Assembly (NCBI RefSeq): GCF_001194135.2
Contig: NC_068986.1
Coordinates: 113,526,807 to 113,590,806 of the forward strand
Direction of reading: 5' to 3'
Length of the DNA stretch: 64,000 nt
DNA from: Octopus bimaculoides
Taxonomy: Eukaryota
The notes beneath the pieces were generated by a model. That model saw nothing but the letters and a program-made list of their open reading frames with translations, was not told the origin of the DNA and made no database searches. This document shows positions 52,200 through 64,000 of this stretch, in pieces. Every line of letters begins with the position of its first letter. The stretch's first letter is position 1. Made by a program: the position numbers and the translations under genes.

Positions 52200-53450
52200 A
52201 TTGTATAAATATATGTGAATGACTTGATGCCATGGGTAGGTTAGTGGTTGAATGATCTTGCATTGGATATCGGTGTAATAACAGGAACCAAGTCCAGAAT
52301 TTTCTTTTAATATACTTTGGTGTTTATCTTGAATGGCTACATTATATAAACAATGCATTGCCTGAGTATACTGGGAGGAAGAGTGGCTGTGAATTTTTCT
52401 AGGTACAGCGAATCTTGAGGTACGGAATATTTTGATCCGATAGTAATTTGGTGGCCCTGAAGATATGCAACAGTGGAGGCAGTGCCTTAAAATTAAATCC
52501 AACCCGATCCCTTTCAAAAAGTGTTCGAAACTATTGTTAAGGCAGCTCTACGTAGTATGGACGAGACCAACGGCTGAATAGGAAGAGGCAAGACGTTACA
52601 TGCAGTGAGGTTACTCTCACTCAGATTCGGCTACGGCAGTCAGATTTCTTTAGACATCGGCAGATGGTCTTGTAATCTTCCAGCTCTTTTGTACAAGCAG
52701 GTTACTAGAACAGCATCTTAGCTATATTGTGCGTATATCACCAATAAGAAACAAGGGCCTAAGGGCTTCGCAAAAGGATTACTTTTCCAAAATGTGCTAG
52801 TGTGGACATCGATCATTGCATCAGCTCATCCACATTTATCCAAATTAATAATATTTTTCAGTATACTAGGACAGTGTGGAATGTCCACAATTTAATCCGG
52901 TCATCTACAAAATCCACAAGGTGATTTGCTCAGTCGACATAATTAGAACTAGGAGACACGTGTACTAACTCTCGAGCTAAAAAAGAAAAATGACTTTGAA
53001 TTGTTGAATGCTTTCTTGTTTTAACTGAAGCGTGTAAAAGCCTTGTCGACATTTGCGCTCGACGACATTGTAATTATATTGAAATATATGGAAAATTGGG
53101 TTTGGAAACATCTAAAGGTGCACCAGACATTAACACGCGCAAACATCAACCAGGACAAGTCACGAGTTTACAGTTTGGGACTTGAAGAAATAAGTCCCTT
53201 TAGGCAAAAGCATCGTGCCGTGCAGGACGGATCATCCAATTAAATTGCTTGATTTGGTACGGTTTCAACTACATCACCAGGTGACCTAGAGAATGAATTG
53301 TCGTCCAAAGTGGTCCGACATACCCAGAAATTGGCAGAAAGGATGGAAACTTTGAACGGTCAAGTAGAGGCGGCTGCTGTTTGAAAAAGAACTACCTCTC
53401 TACTGTACCTTAGCATTGATCTGTCCGGCGAAGATGGTGACATTCTTTTC
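52200..53450 (-). mobile_element. Possible heavily decayed CR1-like LINE
   Basis: Weak remnants (SANVDKAF, TFWKS, LNNSFEHF) and a CR1-like 3' end near 52200-52330. Confidence 0.3.
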
Positions 53451-53498
53451 GCTTCTTAATGATAAGCCCCGTTCCATCATCTCTGGACATTCTCTTGA

Positions 53499-53734
53499 GG
53501 GCAGCGAGCTGGCAGAATCTTTAACAAGCCGGGCGAAATGCTTAGCGGTACTTCGTCTGCCGTTACGTTCTGAGTTCAAATTCCGCCGAAGTCGACTTTC
53601 TTTTTCATCCTTTCGGGGTCGATTAAATAAGTACCAGTGACGCACTGGTGTCGATGTAATCGACTTAATTCTTTTGTCTGCTCTTGTTTTCACCCTCTAT
53701 GTTTAACACCCTGTAGGCAATAAAGAAAGAAATA
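53499..53734 (+). mobile_element. SINE family A, full length, best-preserved copy
   Basis: GGGCAGCGAGCTGGCAGAATC head, TGAGTTCAAATTCC B box, GGGGTCGATTAAATAAGTACCAGT body and AATAAAGAAAGAAATA tail. Confidence 0.85.
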
Positions 53735-53862
53735 TTCTCTTGATGGAGGGCTCAGTACGCAGCTATCCATCCTATCGATAATTGTGCTTCTTTAAAATGT
53801 TATTATAACTTGTTTTGTATAACTTGTTTCAACATCACTTTGACTCATAGTCTTATTTTACT

Positions 53863-54840
53863 TTACGGTGTGGGCAGTAATGCTGGTTTTTTCTTGTGCT
53901 TCTGGTTTTCTTGTGGTTGTTGTTGTTGTCTTTCTTGGTATTGTTGACGTTGTTGTTGCCTTTGCTCCTGGGCTACTGGGCATGTGTTTCGAAGATGAGT
54001 TTTGCTACTACAAACGTAGCAAACTGGCCTTCTGCCTTCGACGGCAACATGGAAACTTGAATCCTCTGTTAATTGCATTCTGTGCGGAATTTTCTCATAA
54101 TTTGCTGGATCAACTTGTACCAGGAGTTGAATTTCCTGGCCAATCCAGTTTTCGTGGTACACGGCAGTAGCTTCTAAAATGTTTACTCCCTCCTCTATGC
54201 CGAGACATATGGCAGATACGAGCCATTCTTCCTTAATTTCAAGAGGCACATTCGATATTTCTATCTTCGTAACCCTACGACCAAGGAACGTAGGGATCAT
54301 GAGCAGGTTCTCATGTTGCAATGGCTTTGTGGAGAGGTCCTTGGCTCGCTGCTCGCTGTCGAATTTTACCTCTATTGTTGCGAACTTCGTTCCTCTCGTA
54401 ATGTAAGTTTTATAAGACCATAACAGCCTTAGGCACTTCTCAACCTTTTCCTGAGTAAATTTTTCCGGAGTCTTTGTTTTTGTATTTATGGTTTTGTAGA
54501 TGATATTTTTTTTTCTTTTTTCGATTATTATTTTAAAGTCCGCGGGTGTTTCTAGAGGGACTGTAATGTCCTTTTTACTTAGGATGCTTTTGCATGCGAG
54601 TAATTCCTCTTTCGATATATTGAANNNNNNNNNNTTCTAGAGGGACTGTAATGTCCTTTTTACTTAGGATGCTTTTGCATGCGAGTAATTCCTCTTTCGA
54701 TATATTGAATATTTTTTTTCTGGGCTTCAAAGCCTCGGCAAAGTTCGTGTTTCTTGTGGTGGTGGTGGTGGCGGTAGTGGTGGTAGCAGTGGTGAAGACA
54801 GTGGTTGTGTTAGCAAGGACATTTGTGTCATTGCTGTTGC

Positions 54841-54871
<31 letters not shown>

Positions 54872-55105
54872 CTTGTTGTTGTTGTTGTTGTTGCTCTTGT
54901 CACTGGTGACGGTGGCAGGCAAGACTGCTGTAGCAGCAGAGTTTTTACACGTGATGGTGGTAGTGATGGTGGTTGAGGCAGCAGCAGTAGATTCAGAATC
55001 ATTGCTCTTCTCCACCACCTGTCTGCGTTCATGCGGAAAGGCATTAAGTTCTTTCGCCTCTGGCATTAGGGGCGGGAAATCGGCCTCGTTGAATACCTTA
55101 GCCAT
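53863..55105 (-). CDS. L1/Tx1-type ORF1-like nucleic-acid-binding protein (RRM-like + CCHC knuckle), ~385 aa after gap correction
   Basis: 54550-54624 is repeated exactly at 54635-54709 across a 10-N gap. Removing those 85 nt joins ORF 55105-54635 in frame to TPADFKII..KFATIEVKF..KIEISNVPLEIKEEWL..VEGRRPVCYVCSSKTHLRNTC..stop at 53863 (1158 nt, no internal stops). Confidence 0.75.
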
Positions 55106-55322
55106 ATTTGTTTTACAGAATATGGCTAGGATCGAGGAAGATGTTTTTGAATATTTGGAAATAAGGCTCTAAATAGAGCTATTTCCGATTTGAAAAATAT
55201 ATGTTCACGAAGTATTTTGTGTTATACACAACTTATACAAAAATTAAAAAGCAAAATAGGTCTTTTAAGAGGTGAAAAATGCAACTTACATGGGAGCCGA
55301 TTTGTCTAGCGTTCGTCCATGT

Positions 55323-55465
<143 letters not shown>

Positions 55466-56118
55466 CCATATCAATACCGCTGTCAATTTGCCTGCATACG
55501 CTATCGCACAAGTATTGATAACCGCTATGTGCAGTGATTAATAATAAATGAAATCAGTACCTAGCATACAAAAACACCAATAACTACCAAATGTTTCCAG
55601 TATCAGAAACGATTATATCACGAGGCGCATCAGCAACAAGAAAAAAAACCAATTTTCAGCTTGCTGTCACATCGATCAGCCGTACTCCAAGCTGAACCAT
55701 CTGACAAAACACGTCTTCTATTCCACCGCAGACGTCTCGTGTCAAAACCGTATTGTTTTGATTGCGTCAAATTAACATTATTTTACTTAGTTTAATTGTA
55801 CTGATTATCCCCATGTGAAACAGAAAATACAAGATTAAAATCTATCACCAGAAGCAGCTTTAAGTGGTCTTTTAGCACAATGTGTTTACTTAAGAGAGTC
55901 GTAACTCGGTTTTAAAACAAAGATCGCTGTCGAAGATTGAGTTTATTTTCTGCGAAATCAAATTCACTAATGTAATTACAACTTGCTTGCTTTTGAACAT
56001 TGCAACTCAATCTTTAAATCTAAAAACAAATTGAAAATTTACGTTTCTTCACAAAGCAATAACAAGCAATAACATATTATTGAATCTTTATATAGGTACA
56101 CACAAATACACACACATC

Positions 56119-56152
<34 letters not shown>

Positions 56153-56659
56153 NNNNNNNNNNNNNNNNNNNNNNNNNNNNNNNNNNNNNNNNNNNNNNNN
56201 NNNNNNNNNNNNNNNNNNNNNNNNNNNNNNNNNNNNNNNNNNNNNNNNNNNNNNNNNNNNNNNNNNNNNNNNNNNNNNNNNNNNNNNNNNNNNNNNNNNN
56301 NNNNNNNNNNNNNNNNNNNNNNNNNNNNNNNNNNNNNNNNNNNNNNNNNNNNNNNNNNNNNNNNNNNNNNNNNNNNNNNNNNNNNNNNNNNNNNNNNNNN
56401 NNNNNNNNNNNNNNNNNNNNNNNNNNNNNNNNNNNNNNNNNNNNNNNNNNNNNNNNNNNNNNNNNNNNNNNNNNNNNNNNNNNNNNNNNNNNNNNNNNNN
56501 NNNNNNNNNNNNNNNNNNNNNNNNNNNNNNNNTATATACATACAGATATGTTTGGATGATTTTGAAGAATAAATAAAATTTATTTGTCTTATTATTTATT
56601 TTATATGTTTTGTGTATTTTTATATCGCCTTATTATTTCAGTTTGTCTTTCTAATACAC

Positions 56660-57000
56660 TTGTCTGTCAGATCGAGTGATTTGGAGATATCTAAGAAATA
56701 TTGCTGGTAATTGTCTTCTTTGTCTCTCAGATCAGACGTTATTTAACGAAGCTCAGTGGAGTCTCCTCTCACGTCTTGTATATCCAAAATGGAGGCCACT
56801 TCATTTCAACGTATTTTTCAGTTCCTTTATGCATGTATCGTTTAGTTCCCACAGCAATATATTTGAGTCAGGTTGTCACATTTCTTTTTCATTTATGACA
56901 ATAACTCTTTCCATTTATGGGGGAAACTGTTGGATATTACCCAAGAAGGCATTCAACTCCAGACTGTGAAATTGCGTTCAAATATTGCAGCGCCAACTTA
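56660..57000 (-). mobile_element. CR1/Jockey-like RT N-terminal fragment
   Basis: SFPHKWK, Q..RGDST and YFLDISKSLD (LDISKAFD motif) in the expected order. Confidence 0.6.
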
Positions 57001-58097
57001 ATATTTCACATATCCAGCGCTGATAATATAATGTGATTTGGTGGATATAACAGAATTTCACCAGTAGGTGCAGTACACACGCGCCTGAAAATGTTTAAAG
57101 CATGAAAACTCTACCAATGAGGGCAAATTAATTACATTCGTTATAAATAACATGGATATATTAGTTGCAATATTAGAACAGGTCAAAATTAAGTTCAATC
57201 AATTAATTTTCAATGGTTTCTCTCGTTTCTCTCATGATGTACCAGTTGCAGATGTTTTGTAATAGTTTTACTCTCAGTAGGAAAAGCAAGGTTTCGATAT
57301 TATGCCAAATAGTTTAATTAAATTATTTACGGTGTTGTAATTATTTTGTATCTGTTTGTCCATATAATCTTTCCTCCTTTTCAGTCAATCTTTTCTTCTT
57401 ATTACAATTACTTCATTGTTCTCTATTAGATATTCTTTATAGTTTGGCTAAAAAGCGTTCTTAAAGTTATAAATCCATTTATATTTTAAAATCTTCGCTG
57501 CCTCATCTACAAAATAAAATTTGGCTACAATTTTGTGTTATTCAAGCGCTTTGTTAATAAACTTATGAATAAACTTACAAAAGATATTACTATCAATGTC
57601 AGATATAAAAATTATACCAATTTAAGTCTTAGTAAATATATTTTGATGTATTTTTATTCAAATTAAATGTAATATTTTATGACTAAATGTTTCGAGTTAT
57701 TCTTCTACTTCAAATACGTATATTCTTAAATATGTTGTCAACTAATGTTTTGGCATTTGATTTTATATGCTTCACTGCAGTATGAAGATTGGGCAACATT
57801 ATATTTGTTACTTGTTGTGAATGCATGGTAAACCTTCTGTGTCCACTGTATCAGTGTAATCAATATATGTACGCCATAAACAATACAAGAAACAAATCGC
57901 CCAGACTTTTCGCAGTTCTGCAAGCATTAAAATTCAGCAAATCAAATCACTCCATCCTACGTGAAGGAAGAGTACTAAGGTTAAGAGGATGGTTGAAGGA
58001 ATGAAAGGAAACCATTTAACGGACAAAAGTACGTCCACTTAACAACAAACTCACAGAAAATTTTATAGTAACTCATTGATAATATGTCTATCCGAAA

Positions 58098-58134
<37 letters not shown>

Positions 58135-58642
58135 GCTATGTGTTTGTACATATATATGTAACGTCCTAACACTCGGTGCTGGCTCTAAATTTCATAGCAA
58201 AACGTGTTAAGATATCCTAAAAGTTAATAAATCGCACTGCTAACACGAAGATGTAATAGACGGTATTGACGTATAAAGCATTTATGTCCATGCAATTGTA
58301 TTATGGTTGCAAAACCAATTACTACATCCCTACCAGCAATTGATTTGTAAATATAAGTTGCCCGGAACGTGTTTAACATGTACATTGGTCTATCTAACAG
58401 TGTTACAAAACTTAACATTGTGGGTACTAAAGCAACGTATTTATGGAAGATAATGTGTCGGATGTGATGCTGACGAGGGGGCAATAATTCCTGAAATATG
58501 CATGTAACCATTGACTATTTTTCTATGTTCCATCGCATTGTATACATAAACGTATTCGTAGACGCACTATTTATAGAAAATAGTAGGAGAATCTATTGAC
58601 TTATAAATCTTTACTGTACTTGCTAGTATAATATTATTGCAA

Positions 58643-58689
<47 letters not shown>

Positions 58690-58699
58690 NNNNNNNNNN

Positions 58700-58757
<58 letters not shown>

Positions 58758-58944
58758 GCGTGCACGCGTGTGTGTATGTGTGTGTGGCTATAGATAGATA
58801 GACACAGACGTACATATATAGATATATACATACATATACATATATACATATCCATATGTACATATATATACATATACATATAAAGACATACACACACACG
58901 CGTATATATAACGTTTTTCTGCCAACCATTTTTGGGCGAATACT

Positions 58945-59155
58945 ACTGTTGTTTAGCGCCAGGAGACATCGTCTCCAGCTGGCTAAACGACACACGATCC
59001 GTGTCCTTATATTTTCGGACAGAGAAGGTTAGCACCCCACCCAGTAGAGAGCAGTGTCTGTGGACCGTATGGTTTCAGGATTATTTCGCTTCGTCGGCAC
59101 AGAGCAACTCTTCGACTGAGATGGCGCTGCTAAATACCCGTTCGAAACTATATAT
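58945..59155 (-). mobile_element. Unclassified retroposon-like 3' end
   Basis: The minus strand ends GCCAGCTGGAGACGATGTCTCCTGGCGCTAAACAACAG. The same 26-mer occurs at 5921-5946. Confidence 0.35.
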
Positions 59156-59236
59156 AATTTTCTAAGTCACTCACAGCTACTGATCTAATAAAATAGAAAC
59201 ATTGTTGTTCTTATTTAGCAACATCTGTTTCTATTT

Positions 59237-59279
<43 letters not shown>

Positions 59280-60819
59280 GGGGGGGTGTATGTATGTATG
59301 TATGTATGTTTGTGTGCATGTATACAATAGTACACTGTTGTGGAACGGTTGGTTACTGCAACAAAACGAATTAATGGTGAAGAATGAAAGGGGGAAATAA
59401 AAATTTTAGAATTGCTACGAACTTGAATTAGAATTTTGAGGAAAATTTCCAGATTAAAGAGGGAAGTGAATATTCAAGAATAACACACACGCGCGCATGC
59501 ATGTATATATGGAGAGAGAGAGAGAGAGAGAACGAGAAAAAGAGAGAGTGACTAGGTGAGAGGAATAGAGAATGATACATACATTCATATAAAGCTTATT
59601 GATTTTAACAGTAGCCGAGACTATTGGCCAGCTTCTCTACGATAACAATGTATTATATTAATGATCAACTGCACTATTAAAGGTTTTCGCCGTGTTAGTG
59701 GACTAAGTGCTAATGTCACGTAGATTTATTTGAAAATTCCTTTAAATATCCTTTTAACGCTTAAGCAGCGACCATGACCTTTCGCGGTGTTTCTGTTTGA
59801 CTGAGGACAGAAAAGGGAAATCTTACTGTCTCACAGGAATCCTGGCTCAGATACTTGCAACTGATTAACCGCCATTAAAATCACAAGGAACCAACTTCAG
59901 GTTGTTAATCCAAGTACTTTATTAAGTGAATCACAACGAGAACACGTTTGTTCCGATGACCTTCTACGCAGGTACCGCTTAAAAATTTCATTCATAATGT
60001 TTGTTTAGACGCTCGCCAATATGTCAACAGGTACAGCACACAAAGACTAAACCTGGGACCAGCGAAGACATGAACTGGACTAGAAAGCCATACCTACATC
60101 CACTTTTTTATATTGTCCATAGAGAAATACAGTCTATTTAGGACGCGGGTTTCATTAAAATATTGCAGCAGATACTGTTTTACAGATCTGTAGAATGCGA
60201 TGATGAGATGCTTTATTTTATAAGAACATTTACAGCTGTTGACACCGGGCTGTTGTAAAGAGTTTGCATCAGTGAATCGTTTAAAATATACCGAAACATG
60301 TTTTGGTTTCTCTGTAATACATGCAGAAAAAAATTACCATATTAATGAATGATTAATATTTTATTTTCTTCAACACATTCTTATCTCTAATTAGTTGTTT
60401 GACGCTCCACCACTTGACAGGTTAGTATTCACTGGTTTAAAAGTAGATAGCCGACATTGCACAAATCTGAATCAAGCATAAAGAGCAGAAGAAAATAGAA
60501 AAGGACTTATAGTGGTTATAGTTTCCGTGAGGATTAATAGATATTTCTACATAAAAATAGAATACGTGATGCAGAGTAGTGCAATCTACAACAGCCAATC
60601 AGTAATAGATGAATTTATATTCTATGACAGAAGAAAAGAATACAGTGCAGCGTTCTGTGTCAAAGATCCAATTGTGAGTTTTGTTATGTCGCACACCATC
60701 GAAGTTCATTCCCCACCACAAAGGCCAGGCGTGAAACGTTAAATAGTTTTTACAATAGAATACTAAGCCATTGATTTATTTGTATTCTTTGTATTATATT
60801 ATTTCATGCATATTCTGCA

Positions 60820-60935
60820 GCCAAAGCGGTGAGCCGACAGATATGTGAGCGCACCTGAAAAAATGCTATCAGGCATTTCTTCAAAGTTTTTCTTTTCAGT
60901 TCAAATACCGCTGTAGTCAATTTTGCCAGTCATGT
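60820..60935 (+). mobile_element. SINE family A, very diverged
   Basis: GCGGTGAGCCGACAG..AAAATGCTA..AGTTCAAATACCGC. Confidence 0.4.
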
Positions 60936-61364
60936 AGTGTTGAGGTGTTGCCATATCTTTTATACTTGACAGCACCAACCATTTCGAATTTGAAGTTCGA
61001 CTGTTAAAGTACATAAGTCGGTCAGTCACATGCTTATGTTTTTACTAGCTAATCTCTGGTATTCATACGACAATGCAATATCTTGTGTATAATTTCTATC
61101 ATATAACATACTTCACATACATCGCAAAAGAAATAAAGGCTGGGACCAATACCAGCAGCAAGACAAACGGAGACAACACATCTAGCTAGAAATAAAATTA
61201 CGTTTGCACTGATTTGGCCATTCATATATATATATAAATATATATATCTATACAGAAAGCGAGAGAGAAACGAAAGGATCCACACATATGTACATGCACA
61301 CACAGACATGCACACACACACATACACACACACGCACATACACATGCACACACACATATATATT

Positions 61365-61410
<46 letters not shown>

Positions 61411-62775
61411 NNNNNNNNNNNNNNNNNNNNNNNNNNNNNNNNNNNNNNNNNNNNNNNNNNNNNNNNNNNNNNNNNNNNNNNNNNNNNNNNNNNNNNNNNN
61501 NNNNNNNNNNNNNNNNNNNNNNNNNNNNNNNNNNNNNNNNNNNNNNNNNNNNNNNNNNNNNNNNNNNNNNNNNNNNNNNNNNNNNNNNNNNNNNNNNNNN
61601 NNNNNNNNNNNNNNNNNNNNNTATATATAGATATATATATATTTACAATAGAGCCAACGATACGCGGAATGGCGAAACATTTGACCAGCACTAGTATAGT
61701 ATAATTGGTTTGAGTTGTGAATTTCCAGCAGACAGGATAGGCTTTTAATTTAGTTTAGTGTTGTTTGATGAAGAATTCTCTGTATATTCGTATATAGAAC
61801 CAGAACGAAGGTGTCTTAGTACATTCTCATTACTTTATACTTATCTAAAAATGTTTAGATGTTAGAATTAAATTAATATAATCTTTCAACGAATTATAAA
61901 TGTATAAAGATATCAAATGTTTATTTCTTTTTCTAGCCAACCGTTTGAAAATAGAGTTCCGTTAGAAATTCCAAAGAGTGTTATCGACTACCATTCGGAC
62001 ACACATATACACAGAGAAACACGTACATATAAACACATTCTTATAGATACGCATACATATACAGAAATTAGTGATATTTTGAATATATTTATTGACTGCG
62101 TATATAAAGTCAGACTATTTATATACGTCTGTTTATAGTGTTAGTTAATAACCTATCAATACGTTCGGTAGAAGTGTACTCACATACACACAGACTCACT
62201 CACATACACGTGCGCATATTTGAATACATGGATGTACGTTTATGCGTGTGAGTATGTATTGTAATTCGTTACAATAGGCCATATGTTTCGCTGTCGTTAT
62301 ATATAATTCAATAATCTTTGCCCTTGATTTTCGCTTTCAATCTGTTATGATCATGCATAGATCTGCTTTTACATATATCGTGTAAACATCATTCCTTGTA
62401 GAACGAACTCCATAGTTTTATTTAATTCCCTTTGTTAACCACCATAAATTACAACACAGTTGTTTCTTGTCAACCCTAAATTTTCAGACTTTTGTTATTT
62501 ACCAGGTTATTTTTTCAAGACCTTCTAATAGTTTTACATAAAATGTATTTTAAACAGTTTACTTAATTAGCTACCTTGCTTCCATTTCTCTACGTAGCTG
62601 ATTTTATCCTTATTTAAGATTTTATAGTTAACTAACCTCTACCGATATTTCAAGCAGGTATTTTTTGGCATGTTATTTCTTTTATATCTTCGTTGCTATT
62701 TCATTGAAATTAATTTGCCGTCCACTTTACACAGTAAATACATTACACCTCCCATGGCAGTCACATTTCATTATA

Positions 62776-62885
62776 GTCTTCTTCTTCTTCTTCTTTTTCT
62801 TCTTCTTCTTCTTCTTCTTCTTTTTCTTCTTCTTCTTCTTCTTCTTCTTCTTCTTCTTCTTCTTCTTCTTCTTCTTCTTCTTCTT

Positions 62886-62942
<57 letters not shown>

Positions 62943-62945
62943 TTT
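62776..62945. repeat. (CTT)n followed by (CTA)n
   Basis: Directly visible. Confidence 0.95.
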
Positions 62946-63299
62946 CTTCTGCATCACTTCTTTTTCTTGCTTTTTTTCTTCTTTCTCACTTTGTTCTCTC
63001 TGTCATTTGACCCTCGTTATATTTTTTAGATCTTGTGACCTTACACACACCACACATATACAAACACTCACTCTAGCACACTGACAGACCCACACATAAA
63101 CAAATAAACATAAACATTCATACTGTGTCACTCATTTCGCCGCTATTCTACAGGTCTATCAATTAATTTAAACTCTAATTCAGATTAATGATTTTCATAT
63201 CAGCCTGAACATTCACGATCGGAACGTAGCGGTAATCTATGAGTAAATATTTTGAATAAAATAAAAGGTTTTTACGTGATTATTTGAAGGACTATTTGG

Positions 63300-64000
63300 T
63301 TGATGTTACTGATATCATTTCTCCATACTGTTACTAGTTAGTGGTGAATTCTATACTTTAAGAGGTGGTTTGTACAGAGATGATGGCCTGTTTGTTATGT
63401 CTAGTGTTTTCGCCACTATACGGACGAATTTAGGTAGAATTTCGTTCTCTTCCTCAACGACATTAGTTTTTTTCTATAATATTAGTCATGTATCAATCAC
63501 TTGGGATTTTCTCCGATATTACCCGGAATCGTATTCAAACATTATGCTACCTAATTAGAAAACTTATTGAAATCTCTAATTTCAAAAATAAGTTTTCAAA
63601 CCATCTTAAAAATGAAAGTTAAATTATTAGAAATATATCTAAGATTTTCTTGTTTGTCAGCTAACGAGCGAAGTTTTAATTACCTCTTAAATCCTATTCT
63701 ATCGAAAGATAGATTTGCTGTAAATTAGGAATATGTTCAGTACGACGAAGAAGCTAAATATAAATCTGGGAATATTTCGAATAATTCACTAGTTAATATG
63801 ACAGTCAAGAAACATTTTCCTAAATATCATAGGTATTGTATGATTTGTAATAGTAATACTATTTAATCATCTTACTCCACGGCTTGGAACTACACTCAGA
63901 ATTGATATCTTCGAATGCATCTAAATTAGCAGGAATTAATATCAGTGCTGCAAGTGATGTTGGTAAACACGATGCAATTCTTATTCGCGTTATTAAGTAA
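63300..64000 (+). mobile_element. Decayed Penelope-like element reverse transcriptase and C-terminal region
   Basis: GLYRDDGL (PLE catalytic motif), SNH..IIRNIS, RFSCLSANERSFN and KKHFPKYH..ICNSNTI.SSYS, in PLE order. Confidence 0.75.

Noticed and set aside
54550-54709. 75-bp direct repeat around a 10-N gap
   Set aside because: Treated as an overlap artefact, since collapsing it restores a continuous reading frame.

Overview
AT-rich, gap-riddled eukaryotic (animal) DNA dominated by microsatellites and transposon relics. The SINE-like repeats resemble families I recall from Octopus, so a cephalopod origin is inferred, not proven. I can support no conventional host-gene exon, rRNA, true tRNA gene or CRISPR array. 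Recognisable elements: a Ty3/Gypsy 5' end (LTR, PBS, gag), four R4/Dong-type LINE fragments, several decayed CR1/Jockey-like pieces, a possible DIRS relic, two hAT relics, two Tc1/mariner relics, Penelope-like elements with minimal hammerhead ribozyme motifs, and about 15 tRNA-derived SINE copies. Most ORFs in the supplied track are microsatellite or N-gap artefacts. The best leads: (1) an apparently intact ~385-aa L1/Tx1-type ORF1 (RRM-like + CCHC) with no ORF2, visible only after collapsing a gap-flanking duplication, with its AUG inside a 10-bp hairpin; (2) Penelope hammerhead motifs, including a ~500-bp fold-back; (3) a dense ETS/CRE/CCAAT promoter-like cluster near 40.3 kb. I see no strong evidence of a wholly new biological system. 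All family assignments come from motif recognition by eye, not from database searches.
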